This document shows, piece after piece, positions 25,101 through 38,828 of a stretch of 64,000 nt of DNA (positions are counted from its first letter, which is position 1; every line of letters starts with the position of its first letter). The DNA comes from Eledone cirrhosa (lineage: Eukaryota). Location of the stretch: contig OZ024740.1 of assembly GCA_964016885.1 (NCBI GenBank), positions 175,956,001 through 176,020,000 of the forward strand, read 5' to 3'. The position numbers were made by a program, and so were the translations under genes. The notes under the pieces were generated by a model that ran no database searches, was not told the origin of the DNA, and saw nothing but the letters and a program-made list of their open reading frames with translations.

Positions 25101-25898
25101 ACATGAAACCGATCAACCAACGGAGTGGAGCCACGGGCTTAGCTAATAAGTGACCAAATAAATAGCCATTAAGCTGGACATCAAACCAAGACAGGTTAAA
25201 GCAAACCAGGATAGTGCGAAAATAAGAAGGAAACTCAAATCAGAAACATATTACAATCCAAACTACACGAAATTATAAATGTTAACATGACAATGGTATT
25301 TCTTTATAATTTTCCAGGAAATCATGCCATGTTTTTGATCCCAGCCCTGCCCTTTATATTATCTATGCCTTTCATGAATGTTGGTATTACAAATGGTCCT
25401 TGATTTATTGTTTCATTTGGTAATTTATTTCTTCGACAAGTTGATTGAAAGAGCAACACAGAATGTAAATCATGAGACTACACACTGATCTATAGATTAA
25501 GGTAAGGAAGTGATGCTTGATGCTAGGTAAACTACGTCAACTAAAATTCAGGTTTGAAGTGTGATGATATTCTCAATCACCAACAATATTTACAGTTTTG
25601 TAATATTATGTTATGTTCTCTTTTTATTGTCGGACAAAAAAAAAAAAAGAGAAAAAAATGAAAGCAAAAGCACTGTGTGAAAATTGTGTTGTTCTCTCCG
25701 GGGCTTGTTTGATTTTCCAAATCACGGGTAGATGTATTTATGATATGTCCCTCATTGGTTGTAGTGTTTTCGGGTTGATAATTGATCACCGAATAGAGAT
25801 TGAATGATCTCGAAATATCATCGCTAAGTAGTAAGAGTCGGTTCCAACCATGAAAGAAGAACTGTAAATTTGTTGTACTATTATTTCGGGATATATAC

Positions 25899-26079
25899 GG
25901 CGGTGGATTTGCAGCAAGAGTCACGGCCCTTTATGATCTGAGTTCAAATCCTGCCGAGGTTAACTTTGCCTTTCATCCTTACGGGTTCGATAAAATAAAG
26001 TACCAGTTACGCACTGGAGTCGATCTAATCGACTTTCCCCTCCTCCAAAATTGCTGGTCTTGTGCCTATATAAGAAACA
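25899..26079 (+). mobile_element. SINE family B with 16-bp TSD
   Basis: TSD attatttcgggatata at 25880-25895 and 26080-26095. Confidence 0.9.
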
Positions 26080-26433
26080 ATTATTTCGGGATATAAGTGT
26101 GGAATGACGGTCTTTTACGGAAAGAACTGTTTTATCTACCTGAAATACAAGTCTAGTAATCACCACGTTCGGTCATACATAACAAAAAGGGGAAATGTCT
26201 TGCCTACCTGAATGTCTGCTCTTGCATCTTCACTAAACATAGTGTCGTGTAGGTAATACCTACGTTTGAATATTTAATTCAACCTCTTCTTGCGATAATT
26301 GCTTTAGAATTGTCTCCTTCTAGGGAGTTCCTGAAGATAATACTTGGTTTGCATGATAAAATGGATTAGTGGTATGTTGTGTCACGTCCATCCATACTGA
26401 AAGCACATTTTTCATTTTTCCAAATTCGTATTC

Positions 26434-26473
<40 letters not shown>

Positions 26474-26649
26474 TTTCCCCCTTTCTCTCTCTCACACACA
26501 CATATGTATACATATATATATATGTGTGTGTTTACACATATTTTATACTTTATTATGACTAACTCATGTGTCTTGTTACCCTGGAGTTTCACCAGTGTAC
26601 TCACATGATCACCATATATGACTGTCGTGTCTTGTCTGATGATCCTGTG

Positions 26650-26707
<58 letters not shown>

Positions 26708-28190
26708 AACACACACACACACTCTCTCTCCTTTATAGTCGAATGTTTAACAAGTTCCTGGTAAGTTCACCAAGTGGTCATTTAAGACAGCCACGTTTCG
26801 ACGTGAGTCTTGTTAGTGAAACTGGGAAGACAGAAATTGTTTCAAAGCCCGTCCAATGAACTGTATCCAACCTTGCCGAACACTAGACCGTGCTAAAGAT
26901 GACATTAAGGGCTCAAATGCCCGTCGAATACTCAGCCACACTCACACGAAAATACAACGAGTAGGTGTTTCGATTGATGGAATAACGGTTTCTGATTTAG
27001 GCACAAGGCCAACAATTTTGTGGGAGGAGTGAGTCGATTAAATCGACTTCACTATGTTACTGGTACTTTTTTTTATAGATCCCGTAAGGAAGAATGGTAA
27101 GGCTAACCTCGACGGCATTTGAACTCAGAACGTAAGGGGATGTAACTATATGCCACAAAGCATGTTGTCCAACGCTCTGCCGTTACTGCCAATAGGAACA
27201 TTTTTCAAACATAACGGAAATCTATGTACTATGTATGTGTGTATGCAAGTGTGTTGAAATGTCAAAGACCTTTACACATACAGGAATTGAATTGTGTACT
27301 AGTTGTATAACACGCATATACAAACATTTATATATTTGTGCGTTTTTGTCGTTACATATGGGTTTGTTTTGATAGACACTCACATTCTCGCACAATAAAA
27401 AAAATCTCATTTACATACACGTACACAGAGAAAATCACACACACACACATACAAGAGTTAGTTGGTTACATTACACACCATGGAGTCATAGTGGGGCCGT
27501 ATAGATTTTCACTGTATCTGAATACAGCCGCTTTCCTCCGGGGAAAGAGCTATTGAAAGTGAGAAAAAGTGAGAAAGCGATATAGAAGAAGTATGGACCC
27601 AGTATTGGTACTTTATTTACCGACATCGAAAGTATGAAAAGTAAAGCTGACCTTGGTGGGATATGAAATCACTGCACAGAGAGCCTCTGCGAGTACCGCG
27701 AAGCAGTTATCCGACGTTCAATTCGCGGTTTAGTTTGAATTTACATAACTGTAATAAAAACAGCGAACGAGATGATTACATCTACGTGCACGCAATATAG
27801 ACGAATGGTTAAGAAGTTCACTCCATAAACATTAGGTCTAGGGTTCGATACTACTGAGCATATGTCATTTACCATAGCCTCGGATCGACCCATGCCTTGG
27901 TGTGAAATTGGACGGACGGAATCTATAAAGAAACTTGTCGTATGCACTGTATCAGTGATTCAGAGGGTTAGCTCTGTCATATATAGCGTTACTCTGATTC
28001 TCGCCGAGAGTTACGTGAAGAGTACACGTGTCTATTACACATGACCATGCAGTATGTCTCTGTGGAAGCTTAACCACTTACATATTAATTTTCATAAACA
28101 TGCTGTTCCTTTGATCAAACAAGTGGAACACTTGTCGTCGAAACAGGTGGATGTCCAGCACAACGCAACACACACACAGACACACATATA

Positions 28191-28292
28191 CAGAGTGTCC
28201 CCCCAAAAGGTATTCACACATCAACATCATTTTAATAAATATTGCCTGTACACGTAATGAAAGTATGTATACCTTTTGGGGGGGACTCCATG
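28191..28292. mobile_element. ~100-bp Tc1/mariner-type MITE
   Basis: TA-cagagtgtccccccaaaaggtat...ataccttttggggggg actccatg-TA. Confidence 0.75.
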
Positions 28293-28333
28293 TATATACA
28301 TATGTATACACACAAATAGCCGCACACACACAC

Positions 28334-28399
<66 letters not shown>

Positions 28400-28855
28400 C
28401 GAGATATATATGCTTACATGTGTATACATACACAAACAAACACATAAGCGCACACACGCACATACTAACAGGCGTTGGTTATATAAATTGTAATAACAAC
28501 AGTGAACTAGCTAACAACTACAAGTAAATATAATGAACGATCTAGTGACAGTTATATTCTGTCAGTTAAGCAATGGACATGTATTATCATATGTTGCTTC
28601 CTTCCCACTGTCTTCCATTTGTGTATCTGTCTATCCTGTCTTTCTTTCGACTCATTTCCTCGTCTATTTCGAATAGCTTAACGTCGTATGGCGCGCAATC
28701 CCACTACGATGAACGCTCCCTCACAACCTGTGCTCAGATTAACGGCGTTAATGTGTATATGTGCGTGGTTGTGTATATACATATTATATATAGGTGTGCT
28801 TGGATTGAATATATGTATACACACACACACACACGAATAAATGTACGAATATATG

Positions 28856-28896
<41 letters not shown>

Positions 28897-29194
28897 GTGT
28901 GTGGTGGGTGTGGATGTGTTCTTTTATGTCTACGTGTCTATGTATGTGTGTACTTATGTATTTATGTCTGCATGCATGTGTTTACGTGTATGTAATCACG
29001 TTTATATGAATATATGTCTTCCTATGATCCGTATTCTATATGTGCAACTCAAACCTAGTGTGAAAGTGACTGTATTTGCATGTATTGTTGCGCATTTGCA
29101 TGTGAATGTTTGTATCTCTCTCTACATGAATGCCTGTGTATGTGAGAATATAGGTTTGGTTTCTGGTCATTATATTGATGATTATGTATATAAT

Positions 29195-29406
29195 GGTTTC
29201 TTAAATAGGCACAAGGCCAGTAATTTTGGGGGAGGGGAAAGTCGATTAAATCGACCCCAGTGACTGGTACTTTATTTTATCGACCCCGTAAGGATGAAAG
29301 GCAAAGTTAACCTCGGCGGAATTTCAACTCAGATCATAAAGGGCCGTAACTCTATGCTGCAAAGGATGGCGTCCGACCGTCTATCGATACTGCCAATTCA
29401 CGGCCC
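29195..29406 (-). mobile_element. SINE family B with ~16-bp TSD
   Basis: Core on the minus strand; tgattatgtatataat on both sides. Confidence 0.85.
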
Positions 29407-29965
29407 TTATGATTATGTATATAATACAAACATATGGTGTCTGTGTGTGTGTGTGAGCTATAACAACAACCATAACAACGACATTAGCAGCAGCAATAAT
29501 AGCTGCATCAATAAAGTAAAATCCACTCCTCTATCTCTAACAGTAGACGGAGCCATTATATCTCCATCAAATCATCACCACAATCTTTAAAGAAAAACGA
29601 AATAGTTACAAGTGGAACGCCTTTGATCATAGGTTGGCTTCTGTATGGGCTGACCTGAGTTAAACAACAATAGCACGGAACATCAGCACCAACTGTACAC
29701 AACATCAACAACATAGAGAGCTTTTACATGGCCGCTCTGCTGTTAGATACAGAAGCCAAATTCCTCTAAAAATTACCTTATAAAAAGATACGTTAAATAA
29801 TGTGGTCTTGGGTTCCATGCACGTAGAGAAAAGATGGGATGGGTACGACTGGAATGACTTTGATCATAGTTCTGCTTAATCAAGGCTGACCTGGAGCTAA
29901 ACAACAACAACCACTGCAATAACGAGCCAGAAAGGAAGTGTCGGTAATCTTTCATTATTATGTAT

Positions 29966-30075
29966 GTTCAAATCACGCCGAGGTTTACTTTGCCTTTCAT
30001 CCTTACGGGGTCGATAAAATAAAGTACCAGTAATACACTGAGATAATTGCTGGCCTTGTGCCAAAAGTAGAAACA
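29966..30075 (+). mobile_element. 5'-truncated SINE family B with 14-bp TSD
   Basis: attattatgtatgt flanks both ends. Confidence 0.85.
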
Positions 30076-31283
30076 ATTATTATGTATGTCTTCGAGACGG
30101 GCGTTATGAAATTCTCGGGAGTGGAAACCACAGAAAACGAGCAATTTGCGACAGTTTTAAAGGTCATTAAAAGAAAAAACACACAAAAAAAAAAAGTCAG
30201 AGAAAAAAATCTAAATTTCCCATTCAAAATTCTAACGAAGCCGATCAATTAAAATTAAAATGTTTTTTTGTTTTTTTTTTGTTATTACTGGCGTTTCTGT
30301 GACGGGTGTAATAGTAAAAGTAAAAATTTACCGAATCCTCTACGGACTTTTCAGAATTAGCAGCCAAATCTCCCGTAAATTACACTCTATCATCTTCGAA
30401 AACTGAAAGGGCGCATTTTATAATGCGTAGGATGGGATGGTCACAGATGAAACGCCTTTGTCCTAAATCAGAAATTAACATCAACAGCTATAACAAAAAG
30501 AACAAAGTCTCTAGGCAGTTAACATTCACACTGCCCGTCCCTGTTGGATATCAGAATCAATTATAATAATGCGCCATGTGCGTTTGTAGATTTATATATA
30601 ACTTCTTCTGGAACTCTTTAAATCCTACACATACAAATGTTACAATAATAATTCGCTTTCCAAACACAAACTGACTTCTAACCTTATATTTGTCCTTGTA
30701 AATAGTTATTTTTCCGAGGTTGATTATACATTTAATGCTGTATGTTATTTATACATATATGCTAAACATTTATGTAATTATATCATAGACATAAATTATT
30801 AAAATATTTTTATCTTTAATCACTTCCACATGTTACTATTAATCAACAGTACCAGATCTGCAAATTTTCCAGCTTATATGAATATACATACGTCTGATAA
30901 TCCTGGTATATATCGTATACTAATCCTGGACTCCAAAAATGTTGCTGTCGTTATTTACGACAATGGTCCACAGGTTTGAAAGACTAACTGTCCAGTGATT
31001 GCCAAACTTATTCTATTACAGAATCCTTATAAGATTTTTTCTTGAAGTTGTCGACCCATTAATCACACTCGACCTAATTTTATGAAACGAATTTTTTTTT
31101 AGAAAGTTAATGCATTCATCTTTATATATATATAAAAGAAAGATGTTTATTGGTTGGCTGGTTGGTTGAATTACACGGAAACTACACACACACACATCTA
31201 AAGAGAGAGAAACGCAGAGGGAGAGGCAGAAAGAGAGATATAGGCTGTTATACAGAGAGAGATACAATTAAAGTGTTAGATAA

Positions 31284-32866
31284 CACCGTGTAACATATTT
31301 TTTGTTCCACGGTTCTAAGTGTCATTTCATGGTTTGTTATATCCCATTATTATAAAAAAAAACACTATTATTTAATCAGAAGTTTGGTTTTGTGGTCAGG
31401 AGTTTGATATTTCGAAATTTTCATGGTTTTCAAGAAAAAACACATATTTTTTTTAATTTATCAGTTCATATAATTAAATCAACAGAGTATATATTTATTT
31501 TATTACACAAGCTTATCAAAAGCAAACAAGTAAAAACAAATAACACTTATAAAGCAACTTATACACGTCAGAAATGACTGGATTTCCTGGATTTGCGGTT
31601 GTAGTCCAGGTCGCATTCCCGCACTAAACCCCAGATATAGTCCCCCATCATTTTTTCATTGTAGCGGCCCTGGTACCTCCGCTCTATATCTTTCACATCT
31701 TGGTGGAATCGTTCGTCTTGTGCTTCTGAGTAGGCGTCCATATTGTCCTTGAATTTTTCCAGGTGAGCGTCCAGGATATGGAGTTTAAGCGACATCCTGC
31801 ATCCCATGGCGCCAAAAGCCTTTATCAGATCCTGCACCAGTTTCTGGTAGTTTTCAGCTCTGTAGTTGCCCAGGAATCCTTTAACAACTGCCTTGAAACA
31901 GTTCCATGCTGTTCTCTCAATCCTATTGAGCTTATTGTAGAACTCGGTAGACTCAAACACCTTCTTTATCTGAGGTCCAACAAAAATTCCACCTTTGATT
32001 TTGGCCTCAGATAACTTGGGGAAGAACTCAAGAAGGTACTGAAAAGCTGCTGATTCTTGTTTGAGAGCCTTCACAAACTGCTTCATCAACCCCAACTTAA
32101 TGTGCAGTGGCGGCATGAGCACAATCCTGGGATCAACCAGTGGCTCCCACATGACGTTCCGGGTCCCAACTTGCAGAGCTTCCAAGAAGACTTTCACACT
32201 GTAGTAATCTTACTTCAGGCAGACTGAATGAGCTAGGGGTAGTGTCGAGAATTTGTTTCCATTATGGAGGAGGACAGCTTTCAAACTTGTGGTCGAGTTG
32301 TCTATAAATAGCCGCCACTCCTTGGGCACAAACGGCACCCCAATAACGTCAAACAGTCCAGGCACGTCATAGCAGAAGCAGAATCCATCCCTAATAGTGT
32401 AAAAGCCTGAGAAAGGTTCGTGTCAACTTCTATGACTTGTCACCTGCACTTCCTCCTTGACCAAGTTCCACTGCTTCACCCTGGAGACGAATGCTTAAAA
32501 AACAACTTACCCTTTATTCAAGGTGCGAAAATCCAGTATCTATAAATCTCTTTAATTCACTTTTTAACAATTTTATACTTTATTGCACTTTTATAATTTT
32601 CTTTAGGTATCACACTTTATTTTATAATTTTAATTTAACCTGAAACATATATAAAAAATTATTTAACATAAGCAAATTAAACTTACATTCAACGGAAAAT
32701 CCAGCATACAAATAATTCTAGTGAATAGCTTAGAATTTTTACAAACCCAAACTTTTAACTGTTTAATAGCACTTTTTTATTTATTTATTTGGGACCTAAG
32801 CAACACAAAAAAAAAAAGTGATTTCAAGCCAGGAACATAGAAACAATTTTTTTGTGCTACACGGTG
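31284..32866 (-). mobile_element. Chapaev3 (CMC) DNA transposon, internally deleted
   Basis: TIR CACCGTGTARCA at both ends, 3-bp TSD TAA (31281-83, 32867-69), transposase relics. Confidence 0.85.
31568..32490 (-). pseudogene. Chapaev3-type transposase remnant
   Basis: EWRLFID.S..SLKAVLLHNGN; PPLHIKLGLMKQFVKAL; KLSEAKIK.GIFVGPQI; MSLKLH.LD.HL; ERFHQD...E.RYQG..MMGDYIW. In-frame stops and a missing middle segment. Confidence 0.88.
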
Positions 32867-32911
32867 TAATCAGAAAGAGAGAGAGCGAGAGAAAGATAGA
32901 GATAGATAGAT

Positions 32912-32971
<60 letters not shown>

Positions 32972-32999
32972 ACGTCCCACGAAAGTCAAGAAACGGATT

Positions 33000-33483
33000 A
33001 AACTATAGATCATTTGATCTATAGGAAGGTTTAACGATATTGCGTTAGCTTTTATAAAGTCGTTTTACAGGCATTAATTTCAAAGAACAAAGAAAAATTG
33101 ATACTATTTGAAATTAATCCACCCTCCAGCTTTTATCCATAAACTACTTACAGACCGTACTAACGAAGCAACACTTCAGAAGCAATGTTATACGGTATAT
33201 TGCTGCGTGTCAGATGACGTCCTTTGGAGCTGAAAAATATCATACTGACTATTGTTATTTCACAACATTTAAAATCCAAGGCCAATGCTACAATTTAATC
33301 GGCAGTTTACTTCCCCAGCCTAATAAGGAAGTTTTATGATTGTTTTTTTTTTTCATGTCTCTCTCTCACACACACACACACACGCATTACTGTAAACCAG
33401 ACAACACATCCAATACAGTCGTTTTCTCTTTTATCCGTCTTGTCATAACTATTCTCCCGGGCGAAGCCGGGTACCTTAGCTAG
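33000..33483 (+). mobile_element. Non-autonomous Helitron (3' end clear, 5' end approximate)
   Basis: Hairpin cccgg-gcgaag-ccggg then CTAG|T at 33480-33483; last ~100 bp match 48156-48260(-). Confidence 0.7.
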
Positions 33484-34044
33484 TTTGAAATAAAACACAG
33501 TGATTGTTGATTATATTTTATTAAACGATGCCTTATCTAGCAGGACCTCAGGCTTTTTACGACAGACATGGGATCCTTGGAAGCCACTTCAGGAAATCTT
33601 GGCCTAAAGAATATGTGCAGGAATTTATCAATATTAATTTATATAGCAAAACAGATATTAATTATAATTTACAAAAGATATATGTTTCTGTGAAATTACA
33701 TAAGCGTCTACATCCGCCGACTGCATTATGCAATGTTCATTCGTATGCATTACGTGTCTGTGATTGTATTTCATAAGAAAGAGGCCAAAAAAGATAACAC
33801 GGAGGAATGAAAAAATTGGATTAAAGAAAAGAAATATTCATCTTAAAATCATCTTTTACTTTTTAACTATATATATATGGGAGTCGATCGACTTTCGTCA
33901 TATCGGACCGAGGAAACAATGTTTCCATTGGTCTTTCCAATTGCTAATTCTATCTATCGGTCGCAACTTCAGATAGAAGGAGCAACGTGAAATAAAGTGT
34001 CTTGCTCAAGGACATAACGCATCGCCCGGTCTAGGAATCGAACT

Positions 34045-34095
<51 letters not shown>

Positions 34096-34263
34096 TTGTG
34101 TGTGTGTGTGTGTGTCATATAGAAATGACTTCTACTAGACTAGAACTGTTCCATTTCTTTGAAATTATCATGATTTCAAGCGAATTAAACAGCGCTAGTC
34201 CTATAGAAGTCTTTTCTATATGAAATAAAGTCGTACTTTATCGAACGGTTTTCTTCCCATTAT

Positions 34264-34352
<89 letters not shown>

Positions 34353-34415
34353 GTATATATATATATGTATATATATATATGTATATATATATATGTATAT
34401 ATATATATGTATATA

Positions 34416-34462
<47 letters not shown>

Positions 34463-34508
34463 GTATGTATATATATATGTATATATATATATATATATAT
34501 GTATATAT

Positions 34509-34574
<66 letters not shown>

Positions 34575-34579
34575 GTATA

Positions 34580-34651
<72 letters not shown>

Positions 34652-34652
34652 C

Positions 34653-34859
<207 letters not shown>

Positions 34860-34918
34860 TATATCTGTGTGTGTATGTATCTATGTATGTATTATGTACG
34901 TATGCATGCATGTATGTA

Positions 34919-34962
<44 letters not shown>

Positions 34963-35938
34963 ATGTGTGTGTGTGTAATCTTGGTGTGAATGAGATGAAA
35001 TGAATTTCCGCGTCGTTTGAAATCAGAATGAACATGGAATTACGTAAATGATTATTGCTAAGCTCTTTATTTGGCAATACGTGGGAGTCTTGGATTATTA
35101 ACGTCATCTTCTGTATACATCCGAATTCCCCTCAAAATAACATTGTTGATAAAAAAAAAAGACCAGTTTCTGCCACATTACACCCCCTCGTTTTCTGCTT
35201 GGTTTTACTGTCCCGTCGAAAGATAGCCGCATATGACTGTCTAGAAAAATATTGTTTAGTTTACACCTGGATAAGCTAATTTGCAAGTTGGTGTTAAGCT
35301 AGACAGCTGTTAATAGTCCTCTTTACACTAAGGAACAGTGGGAAAGTTTTAATAAATTCAATGTAACGTAGTATATTTAAATATTTAAGACGGATGTGGG
35401 GAATGAATGTTAGACTAACACCCCTTGTACACACTCACACGCTCTCTCCCTCTCTCCCTCACACACACACACACATATACATATATATATATACATATAT
35501 ATAATCATATATTATACAGCAAGACTGTATGTTTATAGTACATGTCTATTTCCATATGCGCCTCAATTCTGAATATCGCTGTGTTGGTGCCAGAAACCGT
35601 AGGAGATCACGGTCGAATATTTTCTTCTTAAATATATACATATATATTATGATTAAATACCTTGCAGATGTAATGCATACAGTTTACAGAGTGCTCAACA
35701 AATATATAAAGGATATAGTGTTACAACTACAACGAAAGTACGTTTAAAACTATTATAGAATTATACATATTTTAGAATAACCACATACATATATCCTCTC
35801 TGCATACAAACCTTCTGGTACCCAAGCGTACATAAAATTACTTAGACACGTTATACCTTATTATGGAATAACAAATAAAATCATTATAGAAGAATACAAT
35901 GTATCCTGGTGTTAACATAGAAAATATACAGATAGATA

Positions 35939-37019
35939 CGAGGGTAAGTAAAAAATTATTCGTATTTTCGCCATAACATATATTTAGGTTTGTCACACTG
36001 CCTTCTGCTCATGCGTGCTTATAGACGGTACTATTGTGGTCACATGGCCGAAGTTTGTCCTTGATCGCGTCAGTTTTTCTTGCTGCTGTTACAGTGTAAA
36101 CATGGCCGCTCCACTTGCAGTGTGCCGCAAGGAGTAACAAAGAGCAGTGATCCGATTTCTCTGGTCGGAAGGTGTCAGGGGCTGAAATTCATCGGGGGCT
36201 TTTGGCATAAGGCCAGCAAATACCCAGTACATTACTGGTACGCCATTACCGACCCCGTAAGGGTGAAAGGCAAAGTTAACCTCGACGGGATTTGAACTCA
36301 GACCGTAAAGGGATGTAACTATGCTAGAAAGCATGGCGTCCAACCCTCCACCGATACTCCCAATTCACCGCCCTTTTAAAACAATAATGCTACTGCTTAC
36401 TACCACGTAGAAGTGTGTAAGAGAGGATCGAGAAGTTTAAAAGTGGCTGGACAAGCGTGACGCACGAAGAAGATGCAGGACGTTGGTCATCCTCTATGAC
36501 TGACGAGAAGATTCAGCAAGCTTGAGAGATGGTAATGGCGAACCGACAAATTATCATGTTTGAGGTAGCATGTTCTATGCAGATTAGTCATGGTTCTGCC
36601 TATCAAATCCTCCACCAAGAATTCAGCTTCCATAAAGTCAGTGCGAGAAGTGTACCAAGAGAGGTTGCTGCAGAGCATAATCGCAAACGTGTGGAGATCT
36701 GCTAATATTTACTTGACCACTAGAACAATTAAGCCGAAGAATTTTTGAGCAGTATAGTCATAGGAGATGAAATGTGGCCCATCAAAATAAAACAGAATCC
36801 AAAAGACAGAGTCTGGAGCGAAAAGATCTTGGCGTACACTGATAGCAAAGCGGCCATGTTTACACTGTAACAGCAGCAAGAAAACTGGCGAGATCAATCT
36901 TAAACTTCAATCAGGTTACCACAATAGTACTAACTATAAGCAAGCATGAGCAGAAGGCAGTGTGATAAACCAAAAGATATCTTATAGAAAAGGTGTGGTA
37001 AATTTTTGACTTAGTCTCG
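35939..37019 (+). mobile_element. mariner derivative with ~170-bp extended inverted ends; SINE B inserted at ~36195-36373(-)
   Basis: TA-cgagggtaagtaaaaaatt...aatttttgacttagtctcg-TA; transposase relic IEKFKSGWTSVTHEE, QISHGSAYQILHQEFSFHKVSARSVPR, IVIGDEMW. Confidence 0.85.
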
Positions 37020-37229
37020 TATCAAGTTCATAAATACGCTTCGTTACACGGGTATCATAGAATGCTATACAAAAATACGTTTAAGTTTAATTATCCAATA
37101 ACATCGAACCAAGCATTTAAGAAAATGAAAACATCAAAGTAATTCTAGTACCGGTAAAAGTAATATATCGTCTAACAACTCATAACTAAAGTAGACGAAA
37201 TAACCAAACAAGTATGTTCTTTAACAACG

Positions 37230-37720
37230 AAAACGCTGAAGATTATGCCACCCCAATCTAAGTTTCTCAGCATGAAACTTGGGGCATGGAGTAACTACAT
37301 GAAATAAAGCCTCTAGAGCAACGTGTAATAGTTGGATTTCAGATAATTTCCCACTACAAGAGAATGACTTAGAAAAAATATAGTATATAGATGTAAAATA
37401 CGAACTGAAAATAAAAATAAATATCACCTAAGGTCTACTTCGAACTTGAAAAAACAAAAATGTTTTATGCACACATGGACTCTTTTAGAAAAACAAAATA
37501 CATCATTTGCAGAATGTATCTGGACATCACAAAAATCGGAGATTAAGTATGATTTATACTGGTCGATTATTAATTCTGCCGGTCTATATAAGGATGACGA
37601 GTGCGAGTGTGATTTATGTTCTGTCGAAGCAATAGAAGCATCATTGTCTGATAAACCTCTCTTAACCCGGAGATTCTGCGTGCGTACTCAACGCTGTTTT
37701 CGGATCCAACGTTGATAAAC
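37230..37720 (+). pseudogene. Decayed Naiad-type PLE GIY-YIG domain
   Basis: CNS..DNFPLQENDLE.IVYRCKI.T; FYAHMDSF; NTSFAECIW; LYWSII..A..Y; CDLC..E. Colinear with 146-579. A possible HHR relic lies downstream at 38305-38400. Confidence 0.7.
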
Positions 37721-38464
37721 CAATCTTCATGTGTATAAAGAGAAATTTCCCAAATTTTAATGTTCTCTCTAATTAAATACATCCGCGTGCCACTAAGCAG
37801 TCTTATACCAGGTAAATATGGATAGAATAGCACGTTCTCACGTAGTACTGTTATACTAGCGTGACACCTGAGGAATAACTGAAAAACGTAATCATAACCC
37901 AAGAATTAATTTTATTGATTGACACAAAGTTAAGTTTTCTGTACATTAGTTAGGTCAATACCTGATAGCAATCTGCAATGACATCAATCTATATTAGTTT
38001 CCACAAGTCTATTATATATTTATTTTAGTTTGTTTCTCTCGTTTTTTTTCTTTTTTTCTTTTCTTGAAACTGAATGCAGAAGATTGATATCTGATAGGTT
38101 TTATTCCTTATTTCGTGTTTTTATTATGTTCTTTAGAGCTCTGTATCCATTAGTTTTTCTTATCTTATTTATTTTTATTGAACTGTTCACGGTATTTTGT
38201 TGTCTTTTCAACTGTCCCGTTCCTTTTAGCAGTGTATGTGTATCAGGCTCACCAGGATTTTCTATATAAAGACCACTTTGCTAACCATGAAATCATTTGC
38301 TAAATTTCCTTGAAGAAATAAACATGCTCAGAGTCCCGTGTCAAACTATATCATAATAGAGGTTATACAATTCAGAAAAAATCTTATGAAACACATGGGA
38401 ACGGATATAACCACAGAAACATATGTGGAAATAAAATAATACTTTGTCTCTGTTTCTATACCAT

Positions 38465-38586
<122 letters not shown>

Positions 38587-38743
38587 AAATTAAAATTATA
38601 AGTTTGAAGAACAGTCAGATAAAATTTGCCTACATTTCTTATTAGTCCGTAGAAATCAGCTAAATAAATAATGAATTAAACGGAGCTAGTTTTAAAATGT
38701 AAGTTTGAATAAATAACAGATAAATGTTACCAATATTCTTCTA

Positions 38744-38828
38744 GTCCCGACTGTCGACAGTTTCGCTTGCACTTGTGGAAATATTCAATCGTTGCATTAT
38801 CCATGAGACTTCAAGCTTATCAAGAGAC
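38744..38828 (-). ncRNA. Type I HHR relic with 12-nt palindromic stem III
   Basis: Minus strand: gtctc-TTGATAA-gcttg...caagc-GAAAC-tgtcgaca-GTC-gggac. All stems intact; core has two transitions. Confidence 0.7.

Noticed and set aside
25318-25501. Possible + strand exon (ttttccag...AAG|gtaagg)
   Set aside because: The splice-like signals enclose no sustained reading frame. A UTR or lncRNA exon cannot be excluded without RNA data.
26140-26400. Possible minus-strand exon and 68-nt intron (gtaggc...tttcag)
   Set aside because: Adjacent frames hit stops and give no recognisable protein.
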